Assembly: GCF_964213995.1 (NCBI RefSeq)
Contig: NC_135809.1
Location: 78,430,001 to 78,494,000, forward strand
Direction of reading: 5' to 3'
DNA length: 64,000 nt
Origin: Mustelus asterias
Taxonomy: Eukaryota
A program made the translations under genes and the position numbers. This document shows positions 34,359 to 46,194 of the stretch, piece after piece. How positions within the stretch are numbered: position 1 is the first letter of the stretch; every line of letters starts with the position of its first letter. The notes under the pieces were generated by a model. It was not told where the DNA came from. It worked only from the letters and a program-made list of their open reading frames with translations, and did not search any database.

Positions 34359-37300
34359 TTTATCTATCCCCTGCTCCTTTCTCTCTCTCTATCCCCTTCT
34401 CTCTCTCCAGCTCTTCAACCTCTCTCTCTATCCCGTCTCTCACTATAACCAATGTTTCTCTCCTTCTCTATCCCATCTCCCATCTCTCTTTCTATACTCA
34501 CTCCCCCCACCCCAACTCCCCTCTCTATTCCTTATCTCTTTCTCTGTCTATCCGTGATCTATCTTCTCTCGATGCCTCATTCACTCTCTATCCCCTGTCC
34601 AACTCGATCCCATCCCCTCTTTCTCCTTTCCCTGCCCCTCTACCACCTGAGTCTCTCCCCTCTATCCTATCTCTCTTTATCTTATTTATTTTTCTATTCC
34701 CTATCCCTCCCTCTCTTTCTATCACCTTTCTCCTTATTGTTCTAGCCCGTCTCACTATCTCATCTTTCTCGCTCGCTCTCTCTATCCTCGTCCCTCTCAG
34801 ACCGACCCTCTCTCTCTAACCCGCCCTTCTGTCTGACTCATTCTCAATCTATCCCATAACGTCCTTTTCTCCCAAGTCCCTCTCTCTATTCCCTGTCCCC
34901 CCTCTATCTGATTTCCCTCTCACTCTATTGCCTCTTTCACTGTCTCTCTCTCTCTCTATTCCCCCCCCCCCCCCTTGCTCTCTGACACTCTCTTTCTATC
35001 CCCTCTCTCTCTTTCACTCTATTCCCCCCCCCCCCCTCTCTCTATCCCCTGACCGGTCTCTTTATCCCATGGCCCCCCTCCCTCTCTATCCCCTGTCCCC
35101 CTCTCTCCACTGATATCCACCGAACGGCGAAGCTAAAACGCAGCCCGACAGCGACCCGGAACACCCGACCTCACGGCCCATATACCAACGCAGGAACTGC
35201 AAGCAAGGCAACAAATCCTTCATCCGCACACCGACCAGAGCGAAGAACCTCATTGGACACAACCAGACCTTTAACACTGCAAACCACTCTAACCATCTCC
35301 CAGGCTCGAAAAGAAGCAGACACTGCAGGAAGCGTGGAAAACGTGCAGGCCTGCACGTGAGAGTAAAACAATGGGGTCCCATGGCCCCCCTCCCCAGCTT
35401 ACTCCTTGCAAATGTCCAGTCTCTGGAAAACAAGCTAGACGAACTTAGAGCCAGACTCACTTTCCAAAGAGAACTGAGGGACTGCTGTGTGCTCTGTTTC
35501 ACAGAGACGTGGCTCACTCCTGCTTCACCGGACAGTGCCCTACAACCAGAGGGCTTCTCAATCCATCGAATGGACCGTACAGCAGCCTCAGGCAAGGCTA
35601 GGGAGGTGGGGTCTGCTTCCTAATCAACACCTCGTGGTGCCTAGATGCAGCAACACTGGCAACTTTCTGCTCCCCAGACCTAGAATACCTGACGCTAAAA
35701 TGCTGCCCCTACTATCTTCCGCGGGGGTTCACCTCCGTCATCCTGATGGCAGTTTACATTCCACCCCATGCGGATGTGAAGATCTGAACGAAATATACAG
35801 CACTACGAATAGCCTGGAGATGAAACATCCCGAGACCTTGTTCATCAGGCCAAGTTCAAGAGTGTACCACCAAGTTACCACCAACACGTCTCCTGCTCCA
35901 CCAGAGGCCCAAACATCCTAGACCACTGCTACACAAATATCAAACATGCCTACCACTCTATCGCTCGCGCTCCCAGCTTACAAGCAAAAGCTGAAGTGGG
36001 AGAATTCATTTAAGAAAGTTGTGTAATGTTGGTCTGAGGAATCGGATGATCTCCTACGGGGCTGCTTGGAGTCAGTGGACAAGTCAGTATTTAAAAACTC
36101 TGCAACCAGCCTGAATGAGTACGCCACTACAATAACTGACTTCATTAGTAAGTGTGTAGAAGACTGCATGCCAAAGAAGCAAATCCGTGTGTTTCCCAAC
36201 TGGAAACCATGGATGAACAGGGATATCCACTGCTTTCTGAAGTCCATGTCTGAGGCATTCAAGTCAGGCGACACTGGCCTATACAAGAAAACCAGATACG
36301 ATCTAAGCAGATCCATCAAAGATGCCAAATGACAGTACCGGACCAAGCTGGAGTCCCAATCTAGCCACACCGACCCCTGCCAACTACGGCAAGGTCTGCA
36401 AGATACAACAGACTACAAGGCATGCAAAATCACCGCCTCCAACGCACCCCTCCCTGATGAGCTCAATGCATTCTTCGCCCGTTTTGAGCAAGAGGTCAGC
36501 AAGAGCATTCCCTCCACCCTGGAAGCCCTGGATGAACCTGTATCTGGGGTCACCATTGTAGATGTCAGAGCAGCTCTCTTGAAGGTCAACCCACGGAAAG
36601 CGACTGCCCCGGATAGGGTATCCGGATGTGCACTCAGATCCTGTGTGGATCAGCTGGCGGGGGTATTCACAGACATCTTCAACCTCTCTTTACAACAATA
36701 TGAGGTTCCTACCTGCATCAAGAAGACAACCATCATCCCGGTACCTAAGAAAAACCAAGCAGCGTGCCTTAATGACTATCGGCCGGTGGCTCTGACATCC
36801 ATCATTATGAAGTGCTTCGAAAGGTTAGTCATGGCAAGAATCAATTACAGCCTCCCAGACTACCTGGATCCACTACAGTTTGCCTACCGCCGCAACAGGT
36901 CCACAGCAGACGCCATTTCCCTGGCCCTGCACTCAACCCTGGAACACTTAGATAACAAGAACACCTATGTCAGACTCCTATTTATTGACTACAGCTCAGC
37001 CTTCAACACTATTATTCCCACGAAACTCATCTCCAAACTCTGTGGCCTGGGCCTCGGCACCTCCCTCTGCGACTGGATTCTGAACTTCCTAACTCACAGA
37101 CCACAATCAGTAAGGATAGGCAACAACACCTCCTCCACGATCATCCTCAACACCAGTGCCCCACAAGGCTGTGTTCTCAGCCCCCTGCTATACTCCTTAT
37201 ACACCTATGACTGTGTGGCCAAATACCCCTCCAATTCGATTTTCAAGTTTGCTGACGACACCAGCGTAGTGGGTCGGATCTCAAACAATGACGAGTACAG

Positions 37301-37424
37301 GAATGAGATAGAGAATCTGGTGAACTGGTGCGGCAACAATAATCTCTCCCTCAATGTCAACAAAACAAACGAGATTGTCAGCGACTTCAGGAAACGTAAA
37401 TGAGAACATGCCCCTGTCTACATC

Positions 37425-38145
37425 GTGATGTGGAGATGCCGGCGTTGGACTGGGGTAAACACAGTAAGAAGTTTAACAACACCAGGTTAAAGTCCAACAG
37501 GTTTATTTGGTAGCAAAAGCCACACAAGCTTTCGGAGCTCTAAGCCCCTTCTTCAGGTGAGTGGGAATTCTGTTCACAAACAGAACTTATAAAGACACAG
37601 ACTCAATTTACATGAATAATGGTTGGAATGCGAATACTTACAACTAATCAAGTCTTTAAGAAACAAAACAATGCGAGTGGAGAGAGCATCAAGACAGGCT
37701 AAAAAGATGTGTATTGTCTCCAGACAAGACAGCCAGTGAAACTCTGCAGGTCCACGCAACTGTGGGAGTTACAAATAGTGTGACATGAACCCAATATCCC
37801 GGTTGAGGCCGTCCTCGTGTGTGCGGAACTTGGCTATCAGTTTCTGCTCAGCGACTCTGCGCTGTCGTGTGTCGCGAAGGCCGCCTTGGAGAACGCTTAC
37901 CCGAATATCAGAGGCCGAATGCCCGTGACCGCTGAAGTGCTCCCCAACAGGAAGAGAACAGTCTTGCCTGGTGATTGTCGAGCGGTGTTCATTCATCCGT
38001 TGTCACAGCGTCTGCATAGTTTCCCCAATGTACCATGCCTCGGGACATCCTTTCTTGCAGCGTTTCTTAGAGCTCCGAAAGCTTGTGTGGCTTTTGCTAC
38101 CAAATAAACCTGTTGGACTTTAACCTGGTGTTGTTAAACTTCTTA
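37425..38145 (-). mobile_element. Young PLE family A 3' fragment with an inverted terminal repeat at its 5' end
   Basis: ORF 37769-37996 MNEHRSTI...VGEHFSGHGHS...AEQKLIAKFRTHEDGLNRD (GIY-YIG C-terminus); perfect 13-bp TSD CCCTGTCTACATC. Confidence 0.93.
37523..37559 (-). ncRNA. Minimal type I hammerhead ribozyme motif
   Basis: CAC-CUGAAGA-A-GGGGC(UUAGA)GCUCC-GAAA-GC-UU-GUG. Confidence 0.75.
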
Positions 38146-39299
38146 CCCTGTCTACATCAACAGGGACAAAGTAGAAAGGGTCGAGAGCTTCAAGTTTTTA
38201 AGTGTCCAGATCACCAACAACCTGTCCTGGTCCCCCCATGCCGACACTATTGTTAAGAACGCCACCAATGTCTCTACTTGTTCAGAAGACTAAGGAAATT
38301 TGGCATGTCAGCTACGACTCTCACCAACTTTTACAGATGCACCATAGAAAGCATTTTTTCTAGTTGTATTAGAGCTTGGTCTGGCTCCTGCTCTGCCCAA
38401 GACTGCAAGGAACTACAAAAGGTCGTGAATGTGGCCCAATCCATCACGCAAACCATCCTCCCATCCATTGACTCTGTCTACACTTCCCGCTGCCTCAGCA
38501 AAGCAGCAGCATAATTAAGGACCCCAAGCACCCCGGACATTCTCTCTTCCACCTTCTTCCTTCGGGGAAAAAAATACAAAAGTCTGAGGTCATGTACCAA
38601 CCGACTCAAGGACAGCTTCTTCCCTGCTGCTGTCAGACTTTTGAATGGACTTACCTTGCATTAAGTTGACCTTTCTCTACATCCTAGCTATGACTATAAT
38701 ATTACATTCTGCACTCTCTCATTTCCTTCTCTATGATTGGCATGTTTTTTCTGTATAGCGTGAAAGAAACAATACTTTTCACAGTATGTTAATACACGTG
38801 ACAATAATAAATCAAATCAAATCCCTGTCCCCCTCTCTCACTCTGTCCCTCTCTCACTATCCCCTATCACTCTCCTTCGCTCTCTATCCCCTGTCCCCCT
38901 CTCTCACTCTGTCCCTATCTGTCTATCCCCTATCAGTCTATCCCCTATCAGTCTCCCTCTCTCAATCTGTCCCTATCTATCCCCTATCACTCTCGCTATT
39001 GCCTTTCCCTCTCTCTCTATCCCATGTCACTCTCTGACCTGCTCTTTCTACCCCCTGTCCCTTTCTCTCTGTATTGCTCTCTGTATCCATTCCTCTCTCT
39101 CTCTATCCCATCTGTTTCTATCCCCTGCCCCCTCTCTCTAACCCCTAGGGAACCACAACAAGGAGGAGAAGGTATGGAACGAGGAGGGGGCACAGGAGAT
39201 CAACCCCAAGGACTGAGGACAAACAAATAAGGGAGAACCACGATAGACAGCAGGAAAGCCAGCATGGTGAGAAGACAGACATGTAAGCCATTCATCTTT

Positions 39300-39575
39300 G
39301 GGCAGCACAGTGGCACAATGGTTAGTACTGCTGTCTCACAGGATCAGGGATGCAGGCTAGGGTTCTGGCTTGAATCTCTACCTGTGTGGAGTTTGCACGT
39401 TCTCCCCGTGCTTGCGTGGGTTTCCTCCGGGCGCTCCGGTATCCTCCCATCCTCCAAAGATTGCTAGTTAAGTGAATTGGCCATATTAAATTCCCCCTTG
39501 GTGTACCCTTCCACAGTAACTTCGTTACATTGCTAATGTAAGCCAACTGTGGACACTAATTAATTAATAAATAAA
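39300..39575 (+). mobile_element. Alternative-tail V-SINE, diverged
   Basis: HE1-like head and body with a CACAGTAACTTC...AATGTAAGCC...ACACTAAT tail. Confidence 0.8.
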
Positions 39576-41234
39576 CAGATAAATTGTCTATGAAGTAATT
39601 TTTGCACTGCCAACAAAAGACCTTTCCTCATACCAAACCCATAAACCATCCAAATAAACGGGAATGTCCCTACACCAACGTGCTCCGCCAGCTAGTGTCC
39701 CCACAACAATCCAATGCATACTACCCAAATCCACACCACGACATCTTGCCCACCACAACATAAAACACCCACAAAGAATAAAAAGTCACCCCACCCCACC
39801 AGCTCTGGGAGCCCCTTCACCTCACCCACCCTAACAGGCACACACACGGAGACGAAAGCACCAAGACAGGGGAGGACAACAAACCATCCTTCATCCAACA
39901 ACCTACCCACCAACATCCCTATCAGGAAACCCCCAGGACCTTTTTTCCCACCTCTTGACCTCCCCCCCCCCAGTAGACCACCTGCTACCCCCTCAGTAGC
40001 CCATCCACTAACAAAACCTTTCCCCCACCAACCCCTCTCTGAAAAAACAGAATCCGACTCAGCAACAGACACAAAAACTCCCCAGACAAGAAACCCCTAA
40101 AAAAACAACTCTCCAACACACACACCACTTGGACATCCATCCCAGCCCCCGGAGACATGGAAACACCAACACTCCTCCTAACACACACCACCTCAACAAC
40201 CACCTCCCCCCAACCACCTAAAATATGACAGAAGCAGATCATCACCCTGTTTCCTTTTGTCCTCTCCCTGCCCCCCCCATCCCATCCCTTCTCTTCACAG
40301 TGCTGTACTCGCCATACACCACCCCATACAAGAAAAAACTAACACGGATAATAATATATAAGAAAAAGGCCCAGGAGACAAGAAGACAACAAGCCACAAG
40401 ATAAAGGCAAGGCATCACTGGGAGCAACAAGGGTTGGACATGAGCTGAAAGAAAAGTGGCAGAGCACGAAGAAAAGGGGAATGCACTCTCTCTGTCTGAC
40501 CCCAAAAATCTCTCTCTATTCTATCTGTTTCTATCCCCCGCCCCCTCTCTCTAACCCCTGTCTCTCTGCCTCGCTCTCTATCCACTGACTCTTTCTCCCT
40601 CTCTATGCCCTGTCTCTTACTCTATCTATCCCCTGTCTCTTTCTCTCTCTCTATTTATTGTTCCTTTCTTTCTTTCCCCTCTCTATTCACATCCTTCTTT
40701 CTCTATCCTCCTCTCTCCCTCTATCTCTCTATCCCTGTCTCTTTATCTATCCCCTGCTCCTTTCTCTCTCTATCCTCCCTATCTCTATTTACTGTCCCTT
40801 TCTCTCTTTCCTCTCTATTCCCTGTCCTTCTCTCTATCCCCTCTCTCTCTAGCCATTACCTCTTTTTATCTACTGTCCCTTTCTCTCTCTCTCTATCCCC
40901 TGCCCCTCTCTCTCTAACTACTGCCCCTCTCTATCCCTTTCTCCCTCACTCTACTGTCCCTCTCTCTCTATCCCTTTCTCCCTCTCACTCTACTGTCCCT
41001 CTCTCTATCCCTTTCTCCCTCTACTGTCCCTCTCTCTCTATCCCTTTCTCCCTCTCACTCTACTGTCCCTCTCTCTCTATCCCTTTCTCCCTCTCACTCT
41101 ACTATCCCTTTCTCCCTCTTCTGTCCCTTTCTCTCTATCCCTTTCTCCCTCTTCTGTCCCTTTCTCTCTCTCACTCTTCTGTCCCTTTCTCTCTATCTAC
41201 TCTCCCCCGTCTCTCTCTCTCCCACACTCTGTTT

Positions 41235-41700
41235 CTGGGCTGAGCCGCGGTGCCTGTTGGTTTCTGGCACTGGGATCGAGCTGCCTGATGTTGGGATCCG
41301 GGATCCCAGCCGGAGTTCCTGGGAAAGTTTCTGCGGGAGCGACGCCGAGTGTGGGGAGCATGTGGCCGCTCTGCCTGCTGATCGCCGCCGTGGGTGAGTG
41401 TCCGGGCCCGGGATGAGAGTGTCCAGAGGGCCAGGGGAGGGGGCTGGTGTCCGGCCCGGGGGAGAGGGGGGGTGCCGGGGGTGTCCGCCCCGGGGGAGAG
41501 GGGGGCCCGGGAAGCTGTCACTTTACCATTCGGCTGCAGTGTGTTCAGCCTCCGCCCTCTGGCCTGGCCTTTCCCCGGGAGGGAGCAGTTGAGCTCGGGG
41601 AGAGCTGATCCAGCCGGGCCGCTGCTGCCTGGGCCCCGGCTCCCAACACAGCCAGAGCCGCCTGTCTGTCCCTGAGCAGCGGGTTACCCTCCCAGAGAGA
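41235..41700 (+). promoter_or_regulatory. CpG-island-like gene 5' end
   Basis: GC- and CpG-rich stretch, not recognisable as a repeat, around an ATG exon and a consensus donor; G-runs follow the donor. Confidence 0.7.
41360..41393 (+). CDS. Putative first coding exon of a secreted or membrane protein (MWPLCLLIAAV + phase-1 G)
   Basis: Context GGGAGC-ATG with A at -3, hydrophobic signal-peptide-like residues, donor G|GTGAGT at 41394. The gene cannot be identified from 11 residues. Confidence 0.6.
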
Positions 41701-42249
41701 GGGGACAGGACTGGAGGGTGAAGTGTGGCTGCAAGGTGTGGGTATAAAGTATGTAGTGGATGTATATTAAATGTCTGTAAAGTATGTGTGTTGCGATTGT
41801 ATGAAGTCTTTGTATAAATAGTGTGTGTAGTCGATGTGTGTGTCTGTGTGGAGTGTGTGGGAATGTGTGACCTGCTTTTTGTTGAAAACTCCCTCCTCAC
41901 TCTCACCTTTTTGCTCACCTGCAACTTCAGTATTTTCTCTCATCCATTAAGTTCAACCCCTCAAACACTTTACTTTTTGCTAGAGTAGCTACAAAGTGAT
42001 GTTTGCTGGATTATATTTGTGGTTTGAGGAACAGGTGGTCAGTCTAATTCCCAAACAGTGAGGGAGTGCTGTTAATATACTATTTATTGGATGGAGTTGC
42101 ATGGATGTGGACAGGAACACAGCCATTGGAATGTGTTGTACAGTCTGTTAACAATTCCGCAGCAATGAGTTACATTGAGAACAACATCTAGACAGGAGTG
42201 AGTGAGTTATCAGGACAGGTACATATAAATTGTTATTCATTACATAAAC

Positions 42250-42605
42250 TGACACACGCAAGATAGGAAATGTGGTGGCCAATTTGCTCACAGCAAACAT
42301 CGCATGTGCCAATAACAAATCAAATCAACATGCTGGAGGGATAATGACCAGATAGTCTGTTTTTTGTGATGCTGATTGAGGGATTAAATATTGACCTGGA
42401 CAGCAGGGATAACTCCCTTGCTTTTCTTCAAAGCAGTGCCCTGGGATCCTTTATATGTGAGCAGAGCGGCCTTCGGTTTAACATTCCATCCGAAAAATGA
42501 CACTTCCAATTATGCATTGGATTGTCAACCAAAACTTTGGCACTCAAGTCTCAGTGCAACTGGAACCCACAACCTTCAGAGGCAAGAATGTAACTAACTG
42601 AGCTA
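42250..42605 (-). mobile_element. LF-SINE-like element
   Basis: Reverse complement carries the tRNA-like head (AAGGTTGTGGGTTC) and body motifs shared with 25640-26348. Confidence 0.7.
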
Positions 42606-43555
42606 CTATCATCTGTTAGAGTAACAGAATATATCAGATACAGATGAATGAGTCAAAACTATAGCAAGCAGATATTTAATGGCAAGTTACACAAAATATG
42701 TTCCCTAAAACCTTCTACTTTGATAAAGCTTTTGGTCACCTGTGCTAATATCTGAGTATGTGGTATGATGTGATTTTTTTTGTCTAATAATCTTCCTGTG
42801 AAGTGCTTTGGGGCGTTTCCCATGTCCAAAGATTCTATACAAATACACGCTGTTGTTGTACAGTTGCATAGAGAATACTACATGGACCTGGTATGATATC
42901 ACAGTTTAGGAATGCACTGACCTGACCACACGACCAATGACACAGTTGTATGCATTATTTGACCAGGTTCACCAGTTGTTTAAGTGTGTAGTGCTCTACT
43001 TGTAAAATTGGCACATCATTTTAGGGGCTGGGATCTCAGCTTTCATTAAATTGATTTAATGAAACTAACAAAAGACCACATACACAGTGTGATTTTTCAT
43101 TTTCTGATGATTTCAGATGTTGAGGATTATAATTACTGGTTTGAATATAGTTTGTGAAGGAACATTTCTGAATTAAGTTCACTCATCTTAGGTACGTGTT
43201 TCAGTTTTATTTCGGAAGTTCAGCATTCACATTTTTTTAGTTTCCTTCTAACTTAAACTTGAATAGGAGAAGTCAGAGTAATACTAGGTCACAAGACAAA
43301 TCTCATGATCACTGAAAGTAGCCTGATCAGAACACTATGTTGGATTGCTCTTTGAGCCGTAACTATCGCACGAGTAAAGAATAACATGTAGAGGGAACTT
43401 TTACTGACCAGACCTACAAGAGAAATTAGAAATTAGGGATGGGGAAAGGGGGGAAATCAATCAGGTGGGCTCACGATCCCAAGATGGAGGTCAGAGGGCT
43501 GAGAGGGACATTCAGAGTCCTCATACCGAGGGGTGTGTGTGTTAATATATGTATC

Positions 43556-44645
43556 GGGCATGGGATCCAAGGGGCTGCTGCCCTGTGGATCCAGAACTGG
43601 CTTGCCCAAAGGAGGCAGAGAGTGGGTATAGATGGGTCTTTTTCTAAATGGAGGTCGGTCACCAGTGGTGTGCCCCAAGGATCTGTTCTGGGACCCTTGC
43701 TGTTTGTCATTTTCAGAAATGACCTGGATGAGGAAGTGGAGGGATGGGTTGGTAAGTTTGCCGACAACACAAAGGTTGATGGGGTTGTGGATAGTCTGGA
43801 GGGATGTCAGAAGTTACAGAGGGACATAGATAGGATGCAAGACTGGGCAGAGAAGTGGCAGATGGACTTCAACCCAGATAAATGCGTAGTTTTGGCAGGT
43901 CAAATGGGATGAAGGAGTACAATATAAAGGGAAAGACTCTTAGTACTGTAGAGGATCAGAAGGACCTTGGGGTCCGGGTCCATAGGACTCTAAAATCGGC
44001 CCCGCAGGTGGAGGAGGTGGTTAAGAAGGCGTATGGTGTGCTGGCCTTTATCAATCGAGGGATTGAGTTTAGGAGTCCGGGGATAATGATGCAGCTATAT
44101 AAGACACTCGTCAGACCCCACTTGGAGTACTGTGCTCAGTTCTGGTCGCCTCATTACAGGAAGGATGTGGAAAAGATTGAAAGGGTGCAGAGGAGATTTA
44201 CAAGGATGTTGCCTGGATTGAGTGGCATGCCTTATGAGGATAGGCTGAGGGAGCTCGGTCTTTTCTCCTTGGAGAGACGTAGGATGAGAGACCTAATAGA
44301 GGTATATAAGATGTTGAGAGGCATAGATCGGGTGGACTCTCAGAGGCTTTTTCCCAGGGTGGAAATGGCTGCTACGAGAGGACACAGGTTTAAGGTGCTG
44401 GGGTGTAGGTACAGGGGAAATGTTAGGGGGAAGTTTTTCACACAGAGGGTGGTGGGCGAGTGGAATCGGCTGCAGTCAGTGGTGGTGGAGGCAAACTCAA
44501 TAGGGTCTTTTAAGAGACTCCTGGATGAGTACATGGGACTTAATAGGATGGAGGGTTATAGGTAGGCCTAAAAGGTAGGGATATGTTCGGCACAACTTGT
44601 GGGGCCGAAGGGCCTGTTTTGTGCTGTAGGTTTCTATGTTTCTAT
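43556..44645 (+). mobile_element. CR1 3' fragment
   Basis: GVPQGSVLGP...RPHLEYCAQFWSPHY...; small indels; TTCTATG tail. Confidence 0.95.
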
Positions 44646-44885
44646 TGACTCTAATTGTAGACTCTAGGTAATTTTCTCCATTATATAGTGACTGGGCTAT
44701 TTAATATACAGTAATATATAATGTATATGACTCTTAACTAGACACTGAGCTATTTTCTACATTATATAATGACTGGGTTATTTAATGCACAGTAGCATGT
44801 AGTGTATAATGACTCATTATGTATAGACATTGGTCATTTCTACATTATGTAGTGACTCAGTTATCTTATATTCTATATAGACACT

Positions 44886-45011
44886 GGGCGGGATTTTACA
44901 GCCGTGCTCCCCCAAAACCAGAAAATCCCACCTGACTTCAATGGACTTTTGTATGATCTGCCCTGAACCCACTACGATTTCTGTGGCGGGCGGGACGGGA
45001 GAATTCACCCC
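44886..45011. mobile_element. Harbinger-related MITE
   Basis: TIRs GGGCGGGATTTT / GGGAGAATTCACCC; homologous to 25690-25817. Confidence 0.7.
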
Positions 45012-46007
45012 ACTGGGTTATTTTACGTTTTGTACAGTGATTGGATATTTTATACTCTGTATGGTGACCAAGTTACTTTAAAATTACATAGTAGTTTATA
45101 GATTGCCTTATTTTCTGTATGGAGATTGAGCCTGTAAACTTGAGCTCAAGAAGCTGCTGACATTTCCTTGCTTGCATAAAATCCCGTTCACCATAACCCC
45201 TGTTCTTATGATTCTATAATTCCCTCCCTCATCTACTGTGGCTCTTGATTAACTAATAGCCATATAGCCAGAATGCCTGACACTCGCTTACCAAAACAAG
45301 AACTTTTTTTGAGAGCATGTGTCTAGGGTGCACTCCCATATGATGGGTGGGGCAGTCAAAGGAAGTGCCATGAGAATACTCTGATGGCTTGACTTAGGAG
45401 TTTTGATATCAATATTGAGTGCTGGGTGAAGGGTTGCCCATGTTCGCTGCACCTGACTTAACCAAATAAAGACCGGTGCAACCCCCTTTGAAAGCAAGTG
45501 CTTTTCAGAGGCAGAGAGGAGACGCAAGGAGAGGCAATCCTGAGCCAGTAACTTGTCCAAATGTTTATCCTCTGCTGCATCCTGGCCTGTTTACATCAGA
45601 ACCTTCCAGTTGCAGATCAGCCTCAGCAGTCACTTATCTATCCTTTTTGTCCTATACTGAGGTCCGCTGCCATCATTCAGCCAATTCAAATTCTTTAACT
45701 TGCTATAGAGCTATCAAACCGGACAGCGAGGGGCAAGAAGGAGATTTTTAAAGCATTCTTCAGAAAGGCAGTCTCAGGCGGGGTGGGGTAGGTGGCCTTT
45801 ACCTCACTGTGACCCCAGTGCGCAGATTGGAATGCCAGCTCTTGGATCCTGGGGCCATGGAGACTGTGGCCATGTAATGTTGGCTTATCTTTGGGGAGCT
45901 GGAGTATTTGAAATGCTAACTTGTAATACAAGTGGACCATGTTAATGTGATGCTTTCCGAATGGAACATCCGCTGACTGAGGGCCACAAAAGTGTAAAAT
46001 GGAAAAA

Positions 46008-46140
46008 GACGAGACAAGGGAGTCGAGGGTTATGGGGGGCAAAGTGGAGTTGAAACACAACCAGATTGGCCATGATCTTGTTGAATGGCGGAGCAGGCTG
46101 GAGGGGCTGAATGGCTTACTCCTGCTTCTGAGTCCTATGT
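46008..46140 (+). mobile_element. CR1 3' terminal fragment
   Basis: GGCCATGATCTTGTTGAATGGCGGAGCAGGCTGGAGGGGCTGAATGG. Confidence 0.75.
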
Positions 46141-46194
46141 ACCCACTGGAACCCTCCCAAACACTCGAGTTGAACAAGAACCAAACCCCAGTTT

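Larger units (their letters stand above)
35108..38822 (+). mobile_element. Rex1/Babar LINE, near full length but disabled
   Basis: EN LPSLLLANVQSLENKLDEL, CFTETWL; RT ORF 36579-37403; (AAATC)n tail; apparent 17-bp TSD CCCTGTCCCCCTCTCTC (in low-complexity DNA). Confidence 0.93.
34360..41230. repeat. Long CT-rich polypyrimidine tract in three pieces (34360-35107, 38823-39146, 40485-41230)
   Basis: CTCTATCCCCTGTCCC-like degenerate units; about 39-bp tandem units at 40930-41180. Confidence 0.9.

Noticed and set aside
40605-41243. 212-aa Leu/Ser/Pro-rich ORF, and similar ones at 34.4-35.1 and 38.8 kb
   Set aside because: Translation of CT low-complexity sequence.
41360-41393. Naming the gene CD47 because it starts MWPL
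   Set aside because: Four shared residues in a signal peptide are not enough.
43117-43191. 75-nt candidate exon 2
   Set aside because: Stops in all frames, including the phase-1 frame required by exon 1.
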